From NCBI GenBank assembly GCA_964230645.1, contig CAXRHT010000002.1:864395-928394 (forward strand): a DNA stretch of 64,000 bases, given 5' to 3'. The notes under the pieces were generated by a model that was not told the DNA's origin, did not search any database, and worked only from the letters and a program-made list of their open reading frames with translations. The DNA is from Bdellovibrionales bacterium (GTDB lineage Bacteria > Bdellovibrionota > Bdellovibrionia > Bdellovibrionales > JAGQZY01). Of the stretch, positions 55,956-64,000 are shown piece after piece (position 1 is the stretch's first letter; each line of letters begins with the position of its first letter). The position numbers and the translations under genes are program-made.

Positions 55956-56864
55956 TTATATTTTATTATATTTTTCACCAGCAAGAACTTTTAACTTCAC
56001 CGTGTCCTGCGGAAGAGGACAATGAAAGCCGGTAGAGACAGCACAAGGAGGGTTGTAGCTGTAATTAAAATCAAGCTTCACAAGAGATCCGTCTTTAAGT
56101 TCAGCTATTTTCTTGTCAAAATACACATTTAAAAAGCGACCCGCACCGTAAGTCTGTTTACCGTTACTATAATCTCGATAAAGAAGCATAGTGGCCTTGT
56201 TTTCTTTATAGGAGTCACTCTCAGAGAAGTTGTACACGGAAAGCTTGCCTTTCTCCTTACCGCCTTTCATTTCGTAATGGATCTCACCGATCACTTGGAT
56301 CTTTTTCTGGCTTCCGTCGGAGCGTTGAATGGTTATATCTTTTGATTTCTGTAACCACTTCCATTTCCCCATCATAACGTAGCCGGCGTTGTACTTAAAA
56401 AACTCTCTTTCTCTTTTTTTGTTTAATTTTTCTTGTCTGAGATCATGAATAAAAACGCGAATTCTGGGATCACCCTCATAGGCCATAGGAGCAATAAAAA
56501 TTTTACTACTTCCAGGAAGAGACGTTTCTTTTTTCATGGGCAGATCTTCAGTCTTTTTTGTATCCGTCAGACTCACTAATCGCAATTTTTTGTCTTTGAG
56601 AAGTTCAATTTTCCATTGGCAGCTCTTGCATTGTGAGAGCACCCAGCGAGGATAGGAGCCTCCTGTCTTTAAAAAAGCTTGGTCACCCACTTTTTCGAGA
56701 TAAACATGATGCGTGATCGTGGGTGCTGCAAATTTTTCCTGGAAACGCTCTTTCGATTCTTTGACCCATTCTTCCCACTGAGCGGGGGGCTTGAAATCCG
56801 CCTGGGCGCTATTAAAAGAAAAAAATAGGGATATCGATGCAAAAATAATCATTAGAGCTTTCAT
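55956..56864 (-). CDS. DUF1684-domain protein
   Basis: C-terminal DFNYSYNPPCAVSTGFHCPLPQDTVKLKVLAGEK is the DUF1684 signature (from memory). ATG 56864 gives the signal peptide MKALMIIFASISLFF. Confidence 0.75.
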   Translation of the reverse strand: MKALMIIFASISLFFSFNSAQADFKPPAQWEEWVKESKERFQEKFAAPTITHHVYLEKVGDQAFLKTGGSYPRWVLSQCKSCQWKIELLKDKKLRLVSLTDTKKTEDLPMKKETSLPGSSKIFIAPMAYEGDPRIRVFIHDLRQEKLNKKREREFFKYNAGYVMMGKWKWLQKSKDITIQRSDGSQKKIQVIGEIHYEMKGGKEKGKLSVYNFSESDSYKENKATMLLYRDYSNGKQTYGAGRFLNVYFDKKIAELKDGSLVKLDFNYSYNPPCAVSTGFHCPLPQDTVKLKVLAGEKYNKI

Positions 56865-56968
56865 GGGCTCAAATTTAGCACCGCTTGAGCGGCAGAGCAA
56901 CACGTTAACACTCAACATAGGGCCCGACTCTGCTAGGATAAGAGTCTTCCTACAACCTAGAGGTCGCC

Positions 56969-58579
56969 ATGAAGATTATACCTTTTATCTTAGTGCTCTT
57001 AATACCGAGACTCCTTTGGGCCAGTGAACTGGCTTATGTCAAAACCGATTCTCCACGGGACACGATGGAAACCTTCATGGAAGCCATGAACGCTTACAAA
57101 ACAGGTGTGTTGCAAGATGATCCTAAAAAACAGCTTCGCATCAACGATGCCATTCGCTGCTTTGCAGAAGAGGAGAACAGTGTCATCACCTCGCAACGGG
57201 AAAAAGAGTTGGCCGCTATATTCCTTAAAGAAGTCATCGATCGAGTGATCAAGGTGGATTATTCTTTAATTCCAGTAAGTACCGATAATGGACGCTGGCG
57301 ACTAAAAAACACGGAAGTCGTACTAAAGCTGCAAAACGAAGGAGATCGTAAAGGTGAGTGGCTCATCACAGAAAGCACATGGAAGCGAGCCAATCAATTT
57401 TATCAAAGAGTCAAAGATCTCCCCTACAAAAAAGGAACCGGGAAAGGAGCGGCCTATATCCAACCTTGGATGGAAAAATATCTACCCAATTGGTCAAAAG
57501 AAGAAACGCTTCGACTGAAGAATTGGCAGTGGCTGGGGCTCTTGGCTGGATTATTTCTAGGACTACTAGTTCGCCTGATCACCACCTTCCTCATTGGACT
57601 TTATAAAAAGCTCAGCATCACTCGAAGGTTCGAATGGAAAAAAGAACTTGTGGAAAAAATGGAAAAACCTTTTGCCTTGTTGATGGCGGCCCTTGTCTGG
57701 TGGATATGGGTCTACTACTTAAAACTTGAAGGGCTTTCGTTTAGTATTGTGAACGGTTTAATTCAAATTGTTTTTGGTTTCGCTTTAACCTGGGCGGCTT
57801 TTCTTTGCGTGGGTGTTCTTGCTACTTTTTTTAAAGAAAAGGCGGTCGAAACGGAATCCACATTAGATGACCAATTGATTCCTTTCCTTGATAAAGCGCT
57901 AAAACTCACCATTGTTTTACTGGGCTTTCTCATTGTGTTGCAGAATATGGGAGTTAACGTTTTTTCTCTCTTGGCAGGACTTGGGCTTGGTGGTTTAGCC
58001 TTCGCTCTAGCGGCAAAAGATACCGCTGCCAACCTTTTCGGATCCATTATGATTTTAGTAGATCGTCCCTTCAAAATTGGTGACTGGGTTTCTGTAGACA
58101 CAGTAGAGGGAACGGTTGAGGAGATTGGGTTTCGCTCTACCCGGATAAGGACTTTTTACAATTCCCTAGTGACAGTTCCTAACGCAAATATGGCGAACGC
58201 CCAAATTGACAACCTCGGAGTGCGCCAATACCGTCGAACATCCTTTGAACTCGATGTCACCTATGGAACAAAATCAACAGATCTCGATGCTTTTATTGAA
58301 GGAATCCGAAAAATTATTCTAGATAACTCAATTTCTAGAAAAGACATGTACCACGTTTATTTCGCAGGTTACGGAGCTTCTAGCCTTAAAATCATGGTGT
58401 ATTTTTTCTTGATAACCGATGACTGGGGAGAGGAACTCAAAGAAAAGCAAAATATTTATTTTAAAATCTACTCACTCGCTGAACAGCTCGGAGTGGAATT
58501 TGCCTTCCCAACTCAAACTATATTTCTTAACTCAGACGAAAAAGAAAAAAGAAAAGACGGCCCAATTGAGCCGTCTTGA
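56969..58579 (+). CDS. Mechanosensitive ion channel family protein with large N-terminal periplasmic domain
   Basis: LAAKDTAANLFGSIMILVDRPFKIGDWVSVDTVEGTVEEIGFRSTRIRT. Confidence 0.9.
   Translation: MKIIPFILVLLIPRLLWASELAYVKTDSPRDTMETFMEAMNAYKTGVLQDDPKKQLRINDAIRCFAEEENSVITSQREKELAAIFLKEVIDRVIKVDYSLIPVSTDNGRWRLKNTEVVLKLQNEGDRKGEWLITESTWKRANQFYQRVKDLPYKKGTGKGAAYIQPWMEKYLPNWSKEETLRLKNWQWLGLLAGLFLGLLVRLITTFLIGLYKKLSITRRFEWKKELVEKMEKPFALLMAALVWWIWVYYLKLEGLSFSIVNGLIQIVFGFALTWAAFLCVGVLATFFKEKAVETESTLDDQLIPFLDKALKLTIVLLGFLIVLQNMGVNVFSLLAGLGLGGLAFALAAKDTAANLFGSIMILVDRPFKIGDWVSVDTVEGTVEEIGFRSTRIRTFYNSLVTVPNANMANAQIDNLGVRQYRRTSFELDVTYGTKSTDLDAFIEGIRKIILDNSISRKDMYHVYFAGYGASSLKIMVYFFLITDDWGEELKEKQNIYFKIYSLAEQLGVEFAFPTQTIFLNSDEKEKRKDGPIEPS
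58538..58577 (-). terminator. Possible terminator for the minus-strand coiled-coil gene, embedded in the 3' end of the MscS gene
   Basis: AAGACGGC (58554-58561) pairs with GCCGTCTT (58570-58577). A U-rich run follows on the minus transcript. Confidence 0.4.
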
Positions 58580-58610
58580 CGATCAAAAAGAGATTATTCA
58601 AAATCACTTT

Positions 58611-59561
58611 TTATTGGAAGCAACCCGCTCCCATAAAAGCTTTTTGGCCGTCGTGAATAACTGAATACCAACCGCGATTGTACTTCTTCACTTTAAGTTC
58701 AGAACCACGAGCGGATTTACCCAATACTTTGGATGACAAGCTTGGATAGTTTCGAATGTTACAACCAGAGGTCATGACCTTGGCAATTTTTCCATTGGTA
58801 TGAGCAACGGTTGATCCGAGACTACGAGTCAAACGCTTTCTTCTTTGCTTGTCGTAGAAGGACTTATCAGTTTCCACTTCAATTTCAAGCTCATCAAGCT
58901 TTTTAGAAATCTTTCTTAATGTATCTCTATGAGAGTTAACAGCACTTATGAAAAGTGAAGTATCTTTATCCGCTGTTTTATAAGAAATTTGAGCTTTGTC
59001 TTGAAGATCTTTAAGACGGAGTTCCGCTCTTTTAAGAGCCTTGACTGCCATCAACTCTTCTTTTTTAGCCTCTGACAAACGGTTGTTCATTTGTTCTGTC
59101 TCTTTTTCAACTTCAGCTAACATTTGCTCAACTTCTTTTTTCTCTTCTTCTGCTTTTTGCCTTTCAAGCTTTGAATCTTCGAGCTTAATATTTAGATCAT
59201 TAAGCTGGTCTTTTGCCATTAATGCCGCTTGCTTGGCTTGCTCGGTTTCCATACGTGCTTTTTCAGTTTCTTCAATAGCACGAGTTCTGTCTCTTTCAGC
59301 ACGAGCAATGGCTCTTTTAGCTCTGGCCTCTTCTTTTTTAGCTCTCTCAAGCTCTCTTTTGGCCTTAGCAATTGTAATACTACTACGACGAGACTCTTCT
59401 GCGGCCACTTTTTCCGCCTCTTTGGCCTCTTGCATGGCGGCCTCTGAGTCAGCAATGGCTGTCTCTGCCTCAATCATAAGTTCATCTTCGATGGTTTGAG
59501 CGCCGGCCGGACCTGCGATTCCTAACACCAATAGAAATATCCAAATACTATTAACTTTCAT
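58611..59561 (-). CDS. Secreted coiled-coil protein with C-terminal SH3b domain
   Basis: Signal peptide, about 200 aa of A/E/K/R helix, and C-terminal GKIAKVMTSGCNIRNYPSLSSKVLGK...GWYSV, which is SH3_3-like. Confidence 0.6.
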   Translation of the reverse strand: MKVNSIWIFLLVLGIAGPAGAQTIEDELMIEAETAIADSEAAMQEAKEAEKVAAEESRRSSITIAKAKRELERAKKEEARAKRAIARAERDRTRAIEETEKARMETEQAKQAALMAKDQLNDLNIKLEDSKLERQKAEEEKKEVEQMLAEVEKETEQMNNRLSEAKKEELMAVKALKRAELRLKDLQDKAQISYKTADKDTSLFISAVNSHRDTLRKISKKLDELEIEVETDKSFYDKQRRKRLTRSLGSTVAHTNGKIAKVMTSGCNIRNYPSLSSKVLGKSARGSELKVKKYNRGWYSVIHDGQKAFMGAGCFQ

Positions 59562-60009
59562 ACTTAACCCCTTTGTTAATCACTGTCATATTCGGAGCCT
59601 TATTTCAGAGGGTTAAGACGAACGCCCTAATAGGGCGTAAAAACCCGCTTTTTTTCTCAACGAGAGACACTTTTTGCCAAATTGACAAATAAATGCACGA
59701 AAGTCCGGGAATTCCATGCCGAAACGTCTTCTCATAAACTGTTGAAATTACGAGAAAATTTTCAATAAGCACAAACCGGCCGTTCTGGACCTGAGATTGC
59801 TCTTAATAACTGACATACAAAAATAAGGATCAAAATGAAGACAATGACTCTACAGAAAATAAAAAAAATAGAAATTCAAATTCTCCTAGGGACTTTTGCC
59901 ATAATCCTAATAACCACGATTCTGCTCTGATTCCTTAAGAGAGTTTCTGGATTAAATCGAAACAATACTTAGACTTGCCATCTAAACACCCAGATATTAT
60001 TCCTTATAT

Positions 60010-61599
60010 ATGGATAAATTAGCTCGTCGTGATTTCTTAAAGTTCGTCTCCTCCCATTCCGTCGCCCTAGGCTTAAGCCCCTTCGTGCTGGCCCATTGTG
60101 CCTCCACGGCTGAAAATAATTGGAGCCCACTTCCTCCAACGACCACGGATGCTCTCGTATTGGCGGAAGGACTTTCCTACAAAATAATCTCCAAATATGG
60201 AGACTCAATAAATAAAGACCAAAATTTCGGCTACAACAATGACTTCATTTGTTTTCATTCTCTCAATGCCTCTGGCACAGAGGGAATCTTATGGGTCAAT
60301 CACGAGTATCCTCTTCCACAACTTATTCACGGGCTTGAGTCGTCCCAATTAACAAGAAGCCAATCCGAATTAGCCAAAGAGATGAAAACAGTGGGAGGCT
60401 CCCTTCTGCACATCTATAAAACAACTTCGGGAAAGTGGGAGAGAAAAAAGGACTCACAGTACAACCGCCGTCTTGATGGACACACTCCTATTGCCTTTAG
60501 TCAGAATGTTAAAATCCAGGGAAAGAGTAAAGCCATGGGAACTTTGGCAAACTGTGCCGGTGGGTACACGCCTTGGAAAACTGTCCTAACAAGTGAAGAA
60601 AATTACGACGATTACTACGGCGAAGCTTTTTGGCACAAAGGCAAGCGTAGTGTGAAGTACAACAATAAGTTTGATTGGTACAAAAAGTTTCCCAACCCAC
60701 CGGAACATTATGGTTGGATCGTTGAGGTTGACCCCCTCACAGGTAAAGCCGAAAAGCAGGTCAATTTAGGAAGAGCCCCTCACGAAGGTGCTACCGTTGT
60801 AAAAACAAAAAATGGTAAAAGAGTGGCTGTTTATATGGGCGAAGACCGCGAAGGTGGATTCATCTTTAAGTTTGTCTCCGATGGATTGCATCTTAATTCA
60901 GGAACACTTTACGCCGCCGACACCATCAATGGAAAATGGCTCCCCCTGGATATCCGCAAGAACAATAAATTGAAAAACAATTTTGACTCACAATTGCGGG
61001 TGTTGACCTATGCCCACCAGGCAGCCGAACTTGCTGGTGCAACACCTCAAGACCGCCCAGAAGATATTGAAGTTCATCCCCAAAATGGTGATGTGTTTAT
61101 AGCCCTTACTAAAAATTCCCAAAAAGATAATCCCTACGGAAGTCTTTTTAAAATCAGTGAGAAAGACGATCATGATTCCACTGAGTTCTCAAGTGAGCAC
61201 TGGATCAGTGCTGGCCCGAAAGTTGGAGTGGCTTGCCCCGATAATCTTTGTTTTGATAGAAATGGCAATCTTTGGTTTACCAATGACATTTCGGAAAAAT
61301 CGATTGAGAAAGGACCTTATAAAGGTATGGGAAATAATGGTCTTTTTGTGGTGGCAACCCGTGGTCCGGAAGCGGGACTTATTAAACAAGTGGCCTCAGC
61401 TCCTATCGATGCCGAACTCACAGGTCCTTGTTTTTCACCGGATCAAAGAACACTTTTCCTATCGGTTCAACATCCGGGAGCCCAAACAAAAAATGACTTA
61501 TCAAACCCCACAAGCCACTGGCCAGAAGGTGGCAATAACCTTCCAAAGCCTGCCGTTGTCGCTATTCAAGGTAAAACTTTAATAAGCCTGACTTCCTAG
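60010..61599 (+). CDS. phoX: PhoX-family alkaline phosphatase (DUF839) with Tat signal
   Basis: Twin-arginine signal ARRDFLKF. NCAGGYTPWKTVLTSEEN and WFTNDIS beta-propeller motifs. Confidence 0.85.
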   Translation: MDKLARRDFLKFVSSHSVALGLSPFVLAHCASTAENNWSPLPPTTTDALVLAEGLSYKIISKYGDSINKDQNFGYNNDFICFHSLNASGTEGILWVNHEYPLPQLIHGLESSQLTRSQSELAKEMKTVGGSLLHIYKTTSGKWERKKDSQYNRRLDGHTPIAFSQNVKIQGKSKAMGTLANCAGGYTPWKTVLTSEENYDDYYGEAFWHKGKRSVKYNNKFDWYKKFPNPPEHYGWIVEVDPLTGKAEKQVNLGRAPHEGATVVKTKNGKRVAVYMGEDREGGFIFKFVSDGLHLNSGTLYAADTINGKWLPLDIRKNNKLKNNFDSQLRVLTYAHQAAELAGATPQDRPEDIEVHPQNGDVFIALTKNSQKDNPYGSLFKISEKDDHDSTEFSSEHWISAGPKVGVACPDNLCFDRNGNLWFTNDISEKSIEKGPYKGMGNNGLFVVATRGPEAGLIKQVASAPIDAELTGPCFSPDQRTLFLSVQHPGAQTKNDLSNPTSHWPEGGNNLPKPAVVAIQGKTLISLTS

Positions 61600-61624
61600 C
61601 ACTTCGAGTGCAACTTTGTCGTCT

Positions 61625-61814
61625 AGTTGTCATTTTGAATGGCTAACAGAGTTGTCATGTTGAGCGATAGTGAAAAGTCTTTTAATTGTGATATTGAGCG
61701 ATAGTGAAAGATCTTTTAATTGTCATCTTGAGCGGTAGCGAAAGATCTTTCGCTGACGCTCAAGATGACAATGTGAAACTCAAGATGACAATTGTGAAAC
61801 TCAAGATGACAATT
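61625..61814. repeat. REP/BIME-like array: three forward and three reverse copies of a TGTCATCTTGAG core around a perfect palindrome
   Basis: Forward units at 61651-61686, 61687-61720 and 61721-. The central hairpin TGTCATCTTGAGCG ... CGCTCAAGATGACA (61721-61770) encloses the 18-nt palindrome AGCGAAAGATCTTTCGCT. Reverse cores lie at 61779-61790 and 61800-61811. Confidence 0.75.
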
Positions 61815-61825
61815 AGATGAAGCCT

Positions 61826-62374
61826 CTACTGGAGAGGGCAGACAAGCTGTAGATCAAGAACCAATTGCTGAAGGTCTTCAGACTCTTGCAAGCTCTCTGG
61901 GTCATGAGTGGTGAAGTCCACATCCACTGCCCAATTGAAAAACTTTAGAAACACCACCGATTTCAAATCATTGTTTCTTTCAGCCGCTCTATGGGTTCGA
62001 TAAGTTCTCGTTCCTTCTAGCTCTCCCCAGTTTGTGGGTTGAGAAATAAAAGGATAAAAACTAAAGGGATACTCATCGGTGTGAAATGTTTGAATGGGAT
62101 AGATCTCTTTAAGATCATCCATCTCTCTAAAGTCTGACTCCCCTTTACAGCGCACCAAGATTTTTTCAATGACCTTCATGTGAGGAGGATGAGCTGGAAC
62201 ATAGGTTTCAAAGCGCCATTCACCAATAGGAGTTGATTTTGTTATCGTCTCAGTGGATAAATTAGAGGCCTCTCCAGAAACTCCTCTTTCCCCATTTGTC
62301 TGTTTGTGCACACAGTAGGAAGTAAAAAGAACAGTCAGCAAAGCTGATAAAATTAAAATTCCTCTAGAAATCAT
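61826..62374 (-). CDS. Hypothetical signal-anchored protein
   Basis: Track ORF with N-terminal hydrophobic segment ILILSALLTVLFTSYC. Starts 12 nt after the upstream stop. Confidence 0.5.
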   Translation of the reverse strand: MISRGILILSALLTVLFTSYCVHKQTNGERGVSGEASNLSTETITKSTPIGEWRFETYVPAHPPHMKVIEKILVRCKGESDFREMDDLKEIYPIQTFHTDEYPFSFYPFISQPTNWGELEGTRTYRTHRAAERNNDLKSVVFLKFFNWAVDVDFTTHDPESLQESEDLQQLVLDLQLVCPLQ

Positions 62375-62386
62375 AAATTCCTCTCC

Positions 62387-63217
62387 TTAATAACTTCTTC
62401 CGCCACGGCAGTACATGCTGATGTGGACATGGTCCCAGTGACAAACAGTTCGTTTGGGATGAGTTCTTGCGTTGGCAGGAGTAATCCCTGCACACTCTGA
62501 ATCATCAGAGGCTGTCTCTTGATACATATTTCTCCACGTTCTATTAGGAACGTCTCCGGCTCCAATTCTTTGCTGTCCGATACAACGAACAAACCGAGCA
62601 AAAATGGGAGTGAAGGTGTCATGTCTTTGGCCACCACAAATAATATGACTGACATCAATCGCTCGTCCTGAATTATGACAAGAGCCCGAGTTGTTGCGAC
62701 AACTTGAACCGCGACAAATATACATACTGGCCCCTGTGCAACCGAGTTGCGCTCCACAAGTACGAAACGCGCGACTAAAAGGCTCAAAAGCGGGAGCATT
62801 ACGGTCTCGATCTCGCATGGGACCCGTGCCTGCATAGGCTCTAAAATCGGGCTCGCCATCAAAGCGAATTTCTGGATCGGCTGGCTCAACTTGAAACGGA
62901 TTAGTCTGAGCATCCGGCCTTTCTGGTCTTGCTACAGGTCTTGGCACTCTCGAAGGCGCTAAGGGTGAGCCACCCGTAACTTCCGAGCTTCCCTCGGGCG
63001 CTTCTTCCTCAACCACAATCGGCGTATTATTTACGGGCGGTCTTTCTTGTCGTGTCTGAGTTCTTGTGGGCTCGGGGTCTCTTTGCTCTACTGGAGGATT
63101 TTTACGTCTTCTTTGAAAGCCACTATTGTAGTAGTCATCCACTTGAGAAGCCTCGCGCGCGAGCAAAACGGTCGGCACAAATAGAAGTGCCAAAAATATC
63201 ATCCTTGATAATTGCAA
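62387..63217 (-). CDS. Secreted LAS-superfamily (M15/extensin-like) zinc peptidase candidate with Pro/Arg-rich linker
   Basis: Signal peptide MQLSRMIFLALLFVPTVLLA. C-terminal SCHNSGRAIDV and HWDHVHIS match the SxHxxGxAxD ... HxH metal-site layout of LAS enzymes. Confidence 0.55.
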   Translation of the reverse strand: MQLSRMIFLALLFVPTVLLAREASQVDDYYNSGFQRRRKNPPVEQRDPEPTRTQTRQERPPVNNTPIVVEEEAPEGSSEVTGGSPLAPSRVPRPVARPERPDAQTNPFQVEPADPEIRFDGEPDFRAYAGTGPMRDRDRNAPAFEPFSRAFRTCGAQLGCTGASMYICRGSSCRNNSGSCHNSGRAIDVSHIICGGQRHDTFTPIFARFVRCIGQQRIGAGDVPNRTWRNMYQETASDDSECAGITPANARTHPKRTVCHWDHVHISMYCRGGRSY

Positions 63218-63468
63218 CTGATTCCCCTCCTATGGGCATCGACTCCTTCAATTATAGACGCTAACAGAATAGGCTGTCCAGTCGAGCGGAGGAACCAGTC
63301 TGAGCCTAGACTTTTGTCTTCTTTCAACTCAGAAGTTTGATCAAACCAGTCAGTCAGCCTCCACCTTGTGTGAATCAATAGTCTCATCATACTAAGAAAA
63401 AGGGCGGCTCTTCCCCGCCGATGCCCCTCCTCACGGGGAATCGAGCCCAGCCCTGAAAGGAGTTTTTA

Positions 63469-64000
63469 ATGCTAAAAAATTTATTAATCCCGATCCTTGG
63501 ATTTGGTCTTTTGATCCCTACTCAAGCCTTGGCATTAGACCAATATGAAACGCAAATTGAGAAATCCTACTTAATCTCTGATGAAAAAAACACGATTGAT
63601 GTTTTCAAAGAGTCCTCTCCCCTTGTGGTCTCCGTAGATAGCATCGCACAAACAGCGGACTTATTTTCTTTCACAACAGAAGAAGTCCCTGCAGGCTCTG
63701 GTACAGGTTTCATTTGGGACAGCAAAGGTCATGTGATTACAAATTTCCACGTGATCCAAGCTGCTCGCTATTCGAACACACAAATCTTTGTCACCACAAA
63801 AGAAGGCGAAAGATTGAAAGCCGATATAGTTGGGATAGAACCTAAAAAAGACATCGCTGTTTTAAAAGTGAAAAATTTGAAAGTAAAAGGAAAAGGTTTC
63901 TCAGAAAAAATCGCCAACTCCACAAAACTTCAAGTTGGGCAAAAGGTTTTAGCCATTGGAAGCCCTTTCGGTTTTGAACAAACTCTAACAAAAGGAATTA
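63469..64000 (+). CDS. HtrA/DegP-like serine protease, 3'-truncated by window edge
   Basis: Not in the track (runs off the window). AAAGGAG RBS. Signal MLKNLLIPILGFGLLIPTQALA. GSGTGFIWDSKGHVITNFHV, DIAVLKV. Confidence 0.85.
   Translation, partial: MLKNLLIPILGFGLLIPTQALALDQYETQIEKSYLISDEKNTIDVFKESSPLVVSVDSIAQTADLFSFTTEEVPAGSGTGFIWDSKGHVITNFHVIQAARYSNTQIFVTTKEGERLKADIVGIEPKKDIAVLKVKNLKVKGKGFSEKIANSTKLQVGQKVLAIGSPFGFEQTLTKGI

Noticed and set aside
59041-59499. Plus-strand ORFs (152 aa, 72 aa) and the alternative minus-frame ORF 59219-59473, all inside the coiled-coil gene
   Set aside because: These Ser/Ala/Phe/Leu-rich products are low-complexity shadow frames of an A/E/K-rich coding region. 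The 316-aa frame has a signal peptide and an SH3b end.
59586-59603. Pho box upstream of phoX (CTGTCAT at about 59586)
   Set aside because: Only one heptamer resembles the CTGTCAT consensus. The expected second repeat 11 bp away (GGAGCCT) does not match. The site is about 420 bp from the phoX start.
59835-59930. 31-aa ORF (MKTMTLQKIKKIEIQILLGTFAIILITTILL) upstream of phoX
   Set aside because: It has a plausible AAGGA SD and one hydrophobic helix, but it is too short and has no other support. It is left unannotated pending ribosome profiling.
61651-61811. CRISPR-like appearance of ~34-bp tandem units
   Set aside because: The units abut one another with no unique spacers. Half of the copies are inverted. 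No cas genes or leader are present.
62371-62913. Overlapping 180-aa minus-strand ORF
   Set aside because: It shares the strand with 62387-63217 but is in another frame, and it lacks a signal peptide or motifs. The longer frame carries the LAS metal-site motifs.

Overview
This is a 64-kb chromosomal segment of a low-GC diderm bacterium. It is densely coded, mostly in tightly coupled operons. I found no rRNA, CRISPR array, transposase, integrase or phage genes. Gene content includes a MoxR/DUF58/BatA-D operon, several peptidoglycan-lytic enzymes, many orphan secreted proteins and lipoproteins, and a PhoX. This reminds me of Bdellovibrionota/Oligoflexia-type genomes, but that is inference only.

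Recognisable blocks:
- An RND efflux operon (4.9-10.8 kb).
- LLM oxidoreductase, PHP and GT4 genes.
- A patch of orphan secreted proteins bracketed by a MITE-like inverted-repeat family (13.9-17.5 kb).
- MltD-like, RlpA and Slt-like murein enzymes.
- The seven-gene Bat/MoxR operon (25.6-33.2 kb).
- DUF1844-HtrA, SpoVG and one tRNA-Gln(UUG).
- A long run of stress or dormancy-type genes: small hydrophilic proteins, Grx-MauE, STAS, BON, PRC-barrel, CHAD, CsbD, YqjD/ElaB-like, two MscS, PA2169-like and Dps.
- A CHASE3 hybrid kinase, Hpt and OmpR-type phosphorelay.
- DUF481, DUF1684, PhoX, a LAS-type peptidase and a second HtrA.

The best candidate for an undescribed system is the cluster at 1.2-4.9 kb. 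It encodes an OM beta-barrel protein, an FHA/zinc-ribbon protein, an ExbB/MotA-like channel, and an ExbD-like protein carrying a ~195-aa coiled coil plus a C-terminal beta-rich domain.

Other points of interest:
- A GTCATCCTGAGCGAAGCGAAGG-type repeat family, including a nested palindromic array.
- An A9 tract that breaks the STAS gene frame.
- An LPMO-like His1 protein.
- A LAS peptidase with a possible partner gene.

All family assignments come from motif recognition by eye. No searches were run.
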